Assembly: GCA_021324915.1 (NCBI GenBank)
Contig: JAJPIC010000015.1
Location: 11,102-75,101, forward strand
Reading direction: 5' to 3'
Length of the DNA: 64,000 nt
DNA from: Beijerinckiaceae bacterium
GTDB taxonomy: Bacteria > Pseudomonadota > Alphaproteobacteria > Rhizobiales > Beijerinckiaceae
Shown: piece by piece, positions 42,755-51,279 of the stretch
How the letters are laid out: every line of letters starts with the position of its first letter
Numbering within the stretch: the stretch's first letter is position 1
Position numbers and translations under genes: made by a program
The notes under the pieces: model-generated
What the model was told of the DNA's origin: nothing
Database searches by the model: none
Seen by the model: only the letters and a program-made list of their open reading frames with translations

Positions 42755-42798
42755 ATTTCGATTTTCTGAACTTCGATTTTCGGCGCGGCGCGAAAGTT

Positions 42799-43035
42799 CT
42801 AAACGAGGCGTCGACGAGCGAGCTTGCGGCGCGGTGCCGGCGCGCGCTCTTTCTTCGGAAGCTCAACGCGTTCCTTCAGATCGACCAAAGCAAAATCCAA
42901 AAGATAGGAGACGGTGACGTGATCGAGCGCTCTTGCGAGGCGCTTCGCCTCCGAAATGAGAGCAAAGAGTCGTTCGATATCCGCGTCGCTCTTGGCCGGC
43001 GTCGGATCTGTTGTGGTCGCGCGAGGAATGGACAT
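42799..43035 (-). CDS. Small hypothetical protein
   Basis: Helical core LISEAKRLARALDHVTVSYLLDFALVDL resembles small alphaproteobacterial YLLxMA proteins; start may be 43050. Confidence 0.55.
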   Translation of the reverse strand: MSIPRATTTDPTPAKSDADIERLFALISEAKRLARALDHVTVSYLLDFALVDLKERVELPKKERAPAPRRKLARRRLV

Positions 43036-43231
43036 GGTCAGCTCAAACATGGCTTTTCACATTCGCGCAGAGCGGATGCACATACCCATAGAAATCGACG
43101 TCGGCCGCGCGATATCCACAGAATTCGCGCGGCGTGTGCGTCGATGCAGGATTCAACGCTTGTCTCTCGCACAGACAGTCTCGCCCGCTTTGCACGTAAA
43201 TGATTCGCAACATCATCAGCTTGCCGCAGCG

Positions 43232-43277
43232 TTAAATGGGCATTCACACTGGGTGACCTGAATTAAAATCCGCTTAA
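43232..43277. promoter_or_regulatory. CtrA-type boxes
   Basis: Perfect TTAA-N7-TTAA at 43263-43277 and degenerate TTAA-N7-TTCA at 43232-43246. Confidence 0.6.
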
Positions 43278-43338
43278 TGAATGCAGACGCCGCAGCACCG
43301 TATCGCCGCTTGCGGCGCGCTTTCGGCCGAAGAGGCAT

Positions 43339-46300
43339 TCAGACGTGTTCCACGTTAACGATTCCCGGAATAGCTTTCAAAGTCGCAGCGACCTGCGCGC
43401 TCGCCTGATATTTGCCCGGCAATTTGAGCTCGACCTCGCCCGTCTTGGTCGGCAGGACGAGAAAGATCTCGTCGTCGCCCCTGCCCGAAAGCCCCTTGGC
43501 GATTGATTCGAGTGGACCTTCGTCGCGCAAGAAAATGCGCAGGCCCTTTTGGATACGGCTCGCCGCATTGTCGAGCGGCTCGACGGAAATGATCCGCGCG
43601 CGCACGTCTTCGCCGTCGACATTGGCCTGAAGACCCAGAAGCACGGCCGCGCCCTTTTCCAGCAGATCGCGGTATTGATTGAGGCCTTCCTGGAACAGGA
43701 TGGCTTCATATTGGCCGGATTGATCGGAAAGCTGGACGATCCCCATTTTCGTGCCGGAACGCGTGCGCCGCTCCTGGCGCTCGAGCACGATCGCCGCAAG
43801 CCGGCCGGCCGAGGCGCCTTGTTTCACCCCGCGAGCGAATTCCGCCCAGCGCGTCACCCGGAGCCGGCCCAGAATCGCAGCATAGGCTTCGAGCGGATGG
43901 CCGGACAGGAAAAAGCCCACGGCATCGAATTCGCGGCGCAGCCGCTCGGCGAGCGGCCAGCTCTCGGTCTTGATGCGGGCCAGCGGATCGATCGGCTCGG
44001 CATCGAAGAGCGCCGACTGGCCGGCGCGCCGTTCTTCCTCGCGCCGATGGCCGAGCGAGAGCATGGTTTCGATGGCACCGAAGACGCGGGCGCGATCGCC
44101 TTCGAGCGCGTCGAAAGCGCCGGCGGCGGCGAGACTTTCGAGCATGCGCTTATTGAGATCGCGCGGACTGATGCGCGCCGCAAAATCGGCAAGATCGGCA
44201 AAGGCTCGGCCGCCCCGCGCGGCAACGAGCGCCTGCGCATGGCCATCCCCCACGCCTTTGATGGCCGATAATGCATAAATGATCGACAACGTGCCGTTCG
44301 CATCGGCGGCCACCTCGAAATCCACGCCGGAGCGATTGACCGAAGGCGGCTCGATCGTAATGCCGAGCCGGCGCGCCTCGTTGCAGAATTCGGCGAGCTT
44401 ATCGGTCGAGGATTTGTCGAGCGTCATGGACGCGGCAAGAAATTCGACCGGGTAATTCGCCTTGAGATAGGCGGTCTGGTAGGTCAGAAGCGCATAAGGC
44501 GCCGAATGCGATTTGTTGAATCCATATTCGGCAAATTTCGCACAGGCATCGAAGATCGCGTCCGCGTCCGCCTTCGCGAGGCCCCGCTCCACCGCACCCG
44601 AGACGAAGCGGCCGCGCTGCGCATCCATCTCGGCCTTGATTTTCTTGCCCATGGCGCGGCGCAGAGAATCGGCCTCGCCCAGCGAATAGCCCGACAGCGT
44701 CTGGGCGATCTGCATCACCTGTTCTTGATAGATGATGACCCCAAACGTCTCCTTGAGAATCGGCTCGAGCTTGGGATGAAGATATTCGACCTTTTCCTGC
44801 CCGAGCTTGCGCGCGCAATAGACCGGAATATTGGCCATCGGCCCGGGCCGATAGAGCGCAACGAGCGCGATGAGGTCCTCGAAACGGTCGGCGCGCATCT
44901 CGACCAGCGCCTTGCGCATGCCTGCGCTTTCAACCTGGAACACGCCGACGACCTCGCCGCGTCCCATAGTCTCGTAGGTCTTCTTATCGTCGAGCGGTAT
45001 GGCGGCAAGATCGACATCGATGCCGCGCCGCGCCAAGAGCCGCACGGTCTTGTCGAGGACGGTCAGCGTCTTAAGGCCCAGAAAGTCGAATTTGACGAGG
45101 CCGGCCGGCTCCACCCATTTCATGTTGAACTGGGTCGCCGGCATATCGGATTTTGGATCGCGATAGAGCGGGACCAATTCTTCGAGGGGACGATCGCCGA
45201 TGACAATCCCGGCCGCATGGGTCGAGGCATTCGAATAGAGGCCTTCGAGCGTTTCGGCGATCTTCAACATGCGCGCGACGCGCGGCTCGGCTTCCGCAGC
45301 CTCCTTCAGGCGCGGCTCGGCGGCAATCGCTTGTTTAAGACTGACGGGTGCTGCCGGATTTTGCGGCACGAGCTTGGCGAGCTTATCGACTTGCCCCAGC
45401 GGCATTTCGAGCACCCGGCCGACGTTGCGCATGACCCCGCGGGCGAGGAACGAGCCGAAGGTGATGATCTGCGCGACCCTGTCTTCCCCATAACGGTGGC
45501 GAACGTAACGGATCACTTCGTCGCGCCGGTCCTGGCAGAAATCGATGTCGAAGTCCGGCATCGAAATGCGTTCGGGATTGAGGAAGCGTTCGAAGAACAG
45601 GCCAAAACGCAAAGGATCGAGATCGGTGATCGTCAGAGCATAGGCAACGAGCGAGCCGGCGCCCGAGCCGCGCCCCGGGCCCACCGGAATGCCCTCGGCC
45701 TTGGCGTATTTGATGAAGTCCGCGACAATGAGGAAATAGCCGGGAAATTTCATCCGGATGATCACGTCGAGCTCATAGGCGAGCCGTTCGCGGTAGGCTG
45801 CCTCCGTAAGGCCCGGCGCAAGGCCGCGCTTGGCAAGCCGCGCGACGAGCCCCGCCTCCGCCTGGCGAACGAGCTCGTCCGCTTCGTCGCCCTCTCCGCT
45901 GGCACTGCCGAAGCGTGGCAGGATCGGCTTGCGCGTTTGAGGCCGATAGGCGCAGCGGAGCGCGATCTCGACCGAATTGGCGAGCGCCTCCGGAAGATCG
46001 GCGAAAGCAACGCCCATTTCGGCGCGCGATTTGAACCTGTGCTCGGGCGAAACTTGGCGTCGCGCACCATCGCCGATGACCGTTCCGTCCGCGATGCAAA
46101 GAAGTGCGTCATGGGCCTCGAAATCGGCCGCCCCGGCAAAATAGGATTCATTGGTCGCAACGAGCGGCAGGCTGCGCCGGAAGCTCAGATCAATGAGATC
46201 GGGCTCGATTTCGCGCTCGCGCGCGAGCCCGTGACGCTGAAGCTCGACATAGAGACGACCGGAGAAAAGCGCCTCGAGCAGCGAAAGGCGGCGGCTGGCA

Positions 46301-46851
46301 ATTTCCGGCCGCCCAAGAGCGAAACATTGATCGAGCGGGCCTTTCGGACCGCCGGAGAGCGCGATCAGCCCGTCGCTCCGGCTTTGCAGGCGGGCAAGCG
46401 TCACATGCGGCGGATCGCCCGGCTCGGGATCGAGCCAGGCGCGCGAGGCAAGATGCATGAGATTGCGATAGCCGGCCTCGCTGCTCGCGAGCAGCACCAG
46501 CGATGCCCGCCCGGCCCCGGTCTCCGCGCCGCGCGGCGCGACATCGGCACCGTCGCCGAAATCGACGGCAAGCTCGATGCCGATGATCGGTTGAATCCCT
46601 TCTTTGGCCAGCTTTTCGGAAAATTCGAGCGCTCCGAAAAGATTGTTCGTATCGGTGATTGCCAGCGCCGGCATACCGTCGCCCGCCGCGAGCTTGGCCA
46701 ACTTCGCGATCGATAGCGCTCCTTCCCGCAGGGAGAAGGAACTGTGAACATGCAGATGAACGAAACCAACGGCGGCGGCCAGAACAGCCTTGAGCGAAGC
46801 CGCCGGTTGAGGCGGGTCCGCGACGAGATCTGCGGCGAATTGAGGTTCCAC
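43339..46851 (-). CDS. dnaE: DNA polymerase III alpha subunit
   Basis: PHP domain HLHVHS, GPGRGSGAGS, SMPDFDIDF, KFDFLGL, YGFNKSHS; GTG start approximate. Confidence 0.98.
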   Translation of the reverse strand: MEPQFAADLVADPPQPAASLKAVLAAAVGFVHLHVHSSFSLREGALSIAKLAKLAAGDGMPALAITDTNNLFGALEFSEKLAKEGIQPIIGIELAVDFGDGADVAPRGAETGAGRASLVLLASSEAGYRNLMHLASRAWLDPEPGDPPHVTLARLQSRSDGLIALSGGPKGPLDQCFALGRPEIASRRLSLLEALFSGRLYVELQRHGLAREREIEPDLIDLSFRRSLPLVATNESYFAGAADFEAHDALLCIADGTVIGDGARRQVSPEHRFKSRAEMGVAFADLPEALANSVEIALRCAYRPQTRKPILPRFGSASGEGDEADELVRQAEAGLVARLAKRGLAPGLTEAAYRERLAYELDVIIRMKFPGYFLIVADFIKYAKAEGIPVGPGRGSGAGSLVAYALTITDLDPLRFGLFFERFLNPERISMPDFDIDFCQDRRDEVIRYVRHRYGEDRVAQIITFGSFLARGVMRNVGRVLEMPLGQVDKLAKLVPQNPAAPVSLKQAIAAEPRLKEAAEAEPRVARMLKIAETLEGLYSNASTHAAGIVIGDRPLEELVPLYRDPKSDMPATQFNMKWVEPAGLVKFDFLGLKTLTVLDKTVRLLARRGIDVDLAAIPLDDKKTYETMGRGEVVGVFQVESAGMRKALVEMRADRFEDLIALVALYRPGPMANIPVYCARKLGQEKVEYLHPKLEPILKETFGVIIYQEQVMQIAQTLSGYSLGEADSLRRAMGKKIKAEMDAQRGRFVSGAVERGLAKADADAIFDACAKFAEYGFNKSHSAPYALLTYQTAYLKANYPVEFLAASMTLDKSSTDKLAEFCNEARRLGITIEPPSVNRSGVDFEVAADANGTLSIIYALSAIKGVGDGHAQALVAARGGRAFADLADFAARISPRDLNKRMLESLAAAGAFDALEGDRARVFGAIETMLSLGHRREEERRAGQSALFDAEPIDPLARIKTESWPLAERLRREFDAVGFFLSGHPLEAYAAILGRLRVTRWAEFARGVKQGASAGRLAAIVLERQERRTRSGTKMGIVQLSDQSGQYEAILFQEGLNQYRDLLEKGAAVLLGLQANVDGEDVRARIISVEPLDNAASRIQKGLRIFLRDEGPLESIAKGLSGRGDDEIFLVLPTKTGEVELKLPGKYQASAQVAATLKAIPGIVNVEHV

Positions 46852-46951
46852 GAGGCTTTCCGGAAATGCGCCCGCGATATTAGCGAGACGCGCTGAAGCT
46901 CAGAAGCAGGCGCGCGAGGCTCTCAACAGAAACGAGCGCGCCCAGCGGATT

Positions 46952-47047
46952 TCAGCCGGCACCCAGCGCCCGGGCGAGAATGGCGATGAAGGCAACAAAG
47001 AGAGTTAGCGAGGCAAGCTCAGCCGCATCTTCAACGAAGGGCAACAT
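46952..47047 (-). CDS. 31-aa single-pass membrane peptide MLPFVEDAAELASLTLFVAFIAILARALGAG, SidA-like SOS peptide (below the ORF-track cutoff)
   Basis: GGAG RBS 7 nt upstream of ATG; hydrophobic helix; LexA-boxed promoter; 100 nt upstream of dnaE. Confidence 0.75.
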   Translation of the reverse strand: MLPFVEDAAELASLTLFVAFIAILARALGAG

Positions 47048-47069
47048 AGGCGTACTCCATAGCCCGTAT

Positions 47070-47103
47070 GTTCCCTTTATATTCCTATTATGTTCTATGT
47101 CAA
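47070..47103 (-). promoter_or_regulatory. Sigma70 promoter TTGACA-N16-TATAAA overlaid by a triple LexA half-site array
   Basis: Plus strand GTTC(47070)-N7-ATTC(47081)-N7-GTTC(47092); -35 at 47103-47098, -10 at 47081-47076. Confidence 0.85.
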
Positions 47104-47354
47104 GCTTAACTTCCACCCGGCAATTATTTTTGCGGAAATTACAGATGAGTTGCCAGAGGCTTAGGCCGCAGATTTGGCACGTTCCCGTTCCATCCCCCGT
47201 GTTAATACTGGGGAAAACTTCAAACTGTTAAGGAACTTTCAAGAATTCATCAAAGTCGAGCGCTAACTTGGCCGGATACGCTTGAGAACGGCATGCCGTT
47301 CAGCCTTGAACCGGCTTCGAAATTCTCGCTCGTCCGCCCGATCCAAATTTTGGC

Positions 47355-47390
47355 AAAAATGAGCCCCGACGCGCGGCACGCGCCGGGGCT
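47355..47390 (-). terminator. Rho-independent terminator after the DUF4239 gene
   Basis: AGCCCCG...CGGGGCT stem followed by a T-tract on the minus strand. Confidence 0.65.
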
Positions 47391-47469
47391 GACATTTTCA
47401 GTTCCACCGAGCGGGACATTCTCGGCTCTCTTTTATCGGGCGGCAGGCTTGCGCCGGGCTGAGGCGATC

Positions 47470-48246
47470 CTAGCCCGCGGGAAGCACGTCGAGCAGACGG
47501 GCTATAGGCGCGGATGAAACCGCCAGCGGCGGGGCGAAGGGCAGCTCATGCGCCGCGAGCAGGCCGAGGACGACAACGAGGCTTACCGTCAACACCGTCT
47601 GCGCTGCGATCTGCGGACGCAAGCGATCGAGATGGACGAGGGCCGTGCTGATCTGCGCCATGATCGCCAGCGCCAGCACCGCATACCATTTGACGCCGGC
47701 CGACTGGTCTTGCGCCAACACCAGGCGTGCACTCCGGGCGCTGCGAACCGAAAGCGCCGTCGTATACATGAGCCGATCGATTTCGCCCTTGCTCTCACCA
47801 ACGCGCAGATTGTCGATCGTTTTAAGCAGTTCGTCGAGCGCGCGCTCCGCCTCGGGCGAAACCTGCCTGCGTGCCATGCTCGGCCATTCCTTTTGCACGA
47901 CGATCGCGGCATAGGAGCGGATCGCCGCGTCGATCTGCGCGCGCGGAAGATTGAAGGTCGCAGCGAGCGTATCGAGCGCCAGGAGCTGATCGGCCTCCGT
48001 ATTGACCGTCGCCACGGCCCGTCGGTCGCGATCCGAAATGTCGCTGGCAAGAAAGCCGACGAGAATGGCGAGCATGGCGGCAATCGGGCCGACGAAGGGC
48101 GCCACGACCCCCTTGAAGCTTTGGATCGCGGGACCGCTTGCGCGCCCGAAAGAAAGGAAAACGAGGAGCGCGGCGATGCCGCCGAAAAAGAGTACGAGCG
48201 CTATGACAAGGGCCGGCAAAGGCAGCGCCAGCCAGGCTTCGACCAT
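47470..48246 (-). CDS. DUF4239-like membrane protein
   Basis: Two N-terminal TM helices, soluble helical region (EADQL, SIVQKEWPSM-like, SARL), two C-terminal TM helices then PF..PLAVS. Confidence 0.8.
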   Translation of the reverse strand: MVEAWLALPLPALVIALVLFFGGIAALLVFLSFGRASGPAIQSFKGVVAPFVGPIAAMLAILVGFLASDISDRDRRAVATVNTEADQLLALDTLAATFNLPRAQIDAAIRSYAAIVVQKEWPSMARRQVSPEAERALDELLKTIDNLRVGESKGEIDRLMYTTALSVRSARSARLVLAQDQSAGVKWYAVLALAIMAQISTALVHLDRLRPQIAAQTVLTVSLVVVLGLLAAHELPFAPPLAVSSAPIARLLDVLPAG

Positions 48247-48307
48247 GTCCCCCTCCGCACCGAACGCACTCCTTCATAGCGCGCCGGAGCATCGACGCGA
48301 CAGCGCA

Positions 48308-48360
48308 TAAAGCGGATGGGAAAAGCGGACACCAGTTTTTCGCGCAGATCCCGCTCTAAA
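48308..48360 (-). repeat. Solo reverse-strand copy of hairpin B from the 7976-8295 array
   Basis: Reverse complement reads TTTAGAGCGGGATCTGCGCGAAAAACTGGTGTCCGCTTTTCCCATCCGCTTTA. Confidence 0.85.
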
Positions 48361-48367
48361 TCTAAAC

Positions 48368-48391
48368 GGCCGGGCGCCTCAGCACCCGGCC
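48368..48391 (-). terminator. Hairpin after the small Trp-rich gene
   Basis: GGCCGGG-N10-CCCGGCC, 24 nt past the stop. Confidence 0.5.
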
Positions 48392-48415
48392 GGTTCGGCT
48401 CACCTATTTAGGCGA

Positions 48416-48670
48416 TCACCACCACCAGCGATGCCAAGGCCGATGCCAGCCCCAACCCCAGCCGTAGCCCCAGCGCGGGCCCCAATAGGGCGCCCAATGG
48501 CAGCCCCACGGACGGCAGACCCAGAAGGTCTTCTGGATGCCATGCTGCAGGTCCGACGGCGTCGCCACGGCAGAATCAAGTCCGCTCGGCATGGCAACTG
48601 CCGGCACAGCCACAGCACTCAAGCCGAGCGCGGCGGCGCCAGCAAGAACAGCTTTCAGCTTCGTATTCAT
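48416..48670 (-). CDS. Small secreted Trp/Gly/His-rich protein
   Basis: RBS GGAGGAAAG; signal peptide; C-terminal WVCRPWGCHWAPYWGPRWGYGWGWGWHRPWHRWWW. Confidence 0.8.
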   Translation of the reverse strand: MNTKLKAVLAGAAALGLSAVAVPAVAMPSGLDSAVATPSDLQHGIQKTFWVCRPWGCHWAPYWGPRWGYGWGWGWHRPWHRWWW

Positions 48671-48793
48671 GCTTTCCTCCTTCCGCTTTTCAGCCCCTCG
48701 CCTTTAGTCGGACATGGCACGTGAACCGCGGCTGAAATTCGCTTCAAAAACTCGCGATCGCCACGCCGCAGACCGCGCCTATCCACCTGTTTT

Positions 48794-48819
48794 AACGCGG
48801 GAATAAGCCTTGGGGTTCA
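48794..48819 (-). promoter_or_regulatory. ECF-type promoter TGAAC-N17-CGTT
   Basis: One mismatch to GGAAC-N17-CGTT, about 125 nt upstream of the 48670 start. Confidence 0.4.
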
Positions 48820-49039
48820 TCTCGGGACCCGTTCGGAAACGCTTGGCCGAACGCATGATGCGGCGCGGAAAAAACGCCGGCAGCGCTTGATTTTTCAGAG
48901 AGACCTGGCTCGCGCGCAATGACCTCGGGCGGGCGCAAATCATGATGTGCTACCGTTTGCGATAGGATTTCCGGTCCATCTTCCGAACCTCTTGGAGATC
49001 GGCCGGTCGGACGCGGACCTCATCTCGATCAGGAAGCGC

Positions 49040-50212
49040 ATGACCAAAGACAAGAACCTCAGGCCGCGGACGAAACTCGTCCATGCCGGACGCCACCCCT
49101 TCGAGCAGCACGGCTTCATCAATACGCCGATCTATCGCGGCTCGACGGTTCTCTTTCCGACCTATGCCGATCTTCTCGCCCGCAACGCGCGCTTTTCCTA
49201 CGGCACGGTCGGAACCCCGACGACCGAAGCGCTCGAAACCGCCTGGAGCGAGATCGCAGGCGCGGAAGGAACGGTGCTGGCGCCCTCAGGGCTCGCTGCG
49301 ATCGCGCTCGCTCTGCTCACCGTCGCCAAATCGGGCGACCATATTCTCGTGACGGATTCGGTCTATCGGCCGACACGCAATTTCTGCGACACGATTTTGC
49401 AGCGCCTCGGCGTCGAGACGACCTATTACGATCCGCTGATCGGCGCCGGCATCGAAAGTCTTATCAGGCCCAATACGCGCGCGATCTTTTTGGAAAGTCC
49501 TGGCTCGCAGAGTCTCGAATTCCAGGACGTGCCGGCCATCGTCGCCGTGGCCCAGGCAAAAGAAATTCCCACGATTCTCGACAATACCTGGGCGACCCCG
49601 CTCTTCTTCCCGTCGCATGCGCATGGCATCGATCTGGCCGTAGAGGCCGGGACCAAATATCTCTCCGGCCATTCCGATCTCCTGCTCGGTCTCGTCTCCG
49701 CCAATGCGACCTGGTTCAAGAGGCTGCGCGCGACCTTCGACGCCTTCGCCATGTGCGCCGGGCCGGAAGACATATTCCTCGCGCTGCGCGGATTGCGAAC
49801 GCTCGAGCTGCGGCTGCGAGAAGCGGAACGTCAGGGGCTCGCGATCGCCGAATGGCTCGTCAAACGCCCCGAGGTGGCGCAAGTGCTCCATCCGGCGCTG
49901 CCCACCTGCCCCGGCCACGCGATCTGGAAGCGGGATTTCCGCGGCGCCTCGGGCCTCTTTTCGCTTTATCTCAATCCTTGTTCACAGGAGGCGCTCGCCG
50001 CCTTTCTCGACGGTCTTCGCTTGTTCGGCATGGGCTATTCCTGGGGCGGCTACGAGAGCCTCGTCGTGCCCTTCGATTGCCGCACCTATCGCACCGCGAC
50101 GCAATTCGATCCGCCCGGCCCGGCGCTGCGCTTTTCGATCGGCCTCGAAGATCCGCAGGACCTCATAGCCGATCTCGAGGCCGCCTTTGCCAGGCTGAAG
50201 GCGCGCAATTGA
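49040..50212 (+). CDS. metC: Cystathionine beta-lyase
   Basis: INTPIYRGSTVLF, LDNTWATP, PLP Lys GTKYLSGHSD, FGMGYSWGGYESL; start corrected. Confidence 0.95.
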   Translation: MTKDKNLRPRTKLVHAGRHPFEQHGFINTPIYRGSTVLFPTYADLLARNARFSYGTVGTPTTEALETAWSEIAGAEGTVLAPSGLAAIALALLTVAKSGDHILVTDSVYRPTRNFCDTILQRLGVETTYYDPLIGAGIESLIRPNTRAIFLESPGSQSLEFQDVPAIVAVAQAKEIPTILDNTWATPLFFPSHAHGIDLAVEAGTKYLSGHSDLLLGLVSANATWFKRLRATFDAFAMCAGPEDIFLALRGLRTLELRLREAERQGLAIAEWLVKRPEVAQVLHPALPTCPGHAIWKRDFRGASGLFSLYLNPCSQEALAAFLDGLRLFGMGYSWGGYESLVVPFDCRTYRTATQFDPPGPALRFSIGLEDPQDLIADLEAAFARLKARN

Positions 50213-50324
50213 TGAACCATCGCATGCATAAACATTTGTCCGGCTCGCCTGAAATGGCCTAGATAGGCGGGCTGTCGCTCGACCGGTAAGACCAACCAAA
50301 CGTGTAGCGTTCGCGGAGCCTTCC

Positions 50325-51194
50325 GTGAGTGTGTTTCAGAGGCAAGATACTCCTTTCTTCGGAGCCATTTCAGGCCACGATCTATTGCGGCTGGCGCTGC
50401 TCAGCCTTGCCGCCTTGATTGCGATCAGCCTGGGCATCGATTTTCTTTTCGAGGCCAATAATGCGCCAAGCGCGGTCAATGAGGCGAGCGTGCCGGCGCA
50501 AAGCCCAGCGCCCGCAGAGCCCTTGCGCATCGCGCGGCAGAAGATCGAACGGGAGATTTTAAGCCAATCGCCCGATTATGCCCGCTTCTTCGGCCGCCTG
50601 CGCCAAATCCTGCCGAACGAATACGAGGCGGTCTTCGATGATTTCGCCAAACAATCGCTCGACGGAGTCGATGTCAGCAATGTCGATTCCCTCGTCTCGG
50701 AAGCCGTGCGCGACGTGCGTCTGTCGAACGGAGTTCTGGCCGCCAAAGCGGACGGGCCGGCGCTGTCGCATATTTTCGATATGCAGCTCAAAATGATGCA
50801 GGCTCTCGCTGTCAAAGATCCGCGCCTCTGCGTCGATTTTCTCTATGGCGGCGCAAGCCAAGCCTTCTTCGCCTTTTCGGCCCAGAACCGGCAGCTCGTC
50901 GCCGATATGGCGATCGCCGGTCTCGATGCGATCAATAGCGGGCGCATCAGCAATATCGAGCGCGAGCGCCCGACCGACAGCGATTTCGACACGCTCGAAA
51001 ACGCCTTGAAGGCGCAGGGCCTCAGCGAGGCTGAAGTCGGCGCGATCCTCGACGGCAAGACACCCGATCCTCCGATCGCCGACGAGCGCATGTGCACCGT
51101 CGGACAGACTTACCTGAAAACGCTCGCCTCATTGCCGGAGCCGGTACGCCTGCGCATCTACGGCTTGGCCGTGGAACTCATGGCGCGCTCCTGA
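50325..51194 (+). CDS. Hypothetical protein with an N-terminal TM anchor and a periplasmic helical domain (two Cys)
   Basis: Clean 289-aa ORF with typical codon usage; no family recognised. Confidence 0.7.
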   Translation: MSVFQRQDTPFFGAISGHDLLRLALLSLAALIAISLGIDFLFEANNAPSAVNEASVPAQSPAPAEPLRIARQKIEREILSQSPDYARFFGRLRQILPNEYEAVFDDFAKQSLDGVDVSNVDSLVSEAVRDVRLSNGVLAAKADGPALSHIFDMQLKMMQALAVKDPRLCVDFLYGGASQAFFAFSAQNRQLVADMAIAGLDAINSGRISNIERERPTDSDFDTLENALKAQGLSEAEVGAILDGKTPDPPIADERMCTVGQTYLKTLASLPEPVRLRIYGLAVELMARS

Positions 51195-51203
51195 ACCCCG
51201 CTT

Positions 51204-51233
51204 TGTCTATCCTAATGATAAAATTAATAGACA
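51204..51233. promoter_or_regulatory. Inverted repeat TGTCTAT-N16-ATAGACA, candidate Rrf2 operator
   Basis: Exact 7-bp arms around an AT-rich spacer, 46 nt upstream of the Rrf2 gene. Confidence 0.55.
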
Positions 51234-51279
51234 TCGCCTGCTTCGCTGCCTAGGAAACAGGCGCGTTGACGGGATTCTC

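Noticed and set aside
42752-42781. 15-bp tandem duplication TGAA(T/C)TTCGATTTTC at the oxyR stop
   Set aside because: Only two copies, between convergent genes, with no plausible target; likely neutral slippage.
44506-46716. 736-aa plus-strand ORF
   Set aside because: Antisense shadow of dnaE, typical of high-GC codon bias; no protein motifs.
43339-46851. Intein or frameshift in dnaE
   Set aside because: Length (about 1170 aa) and domain order are normal; no intein motifs seen.
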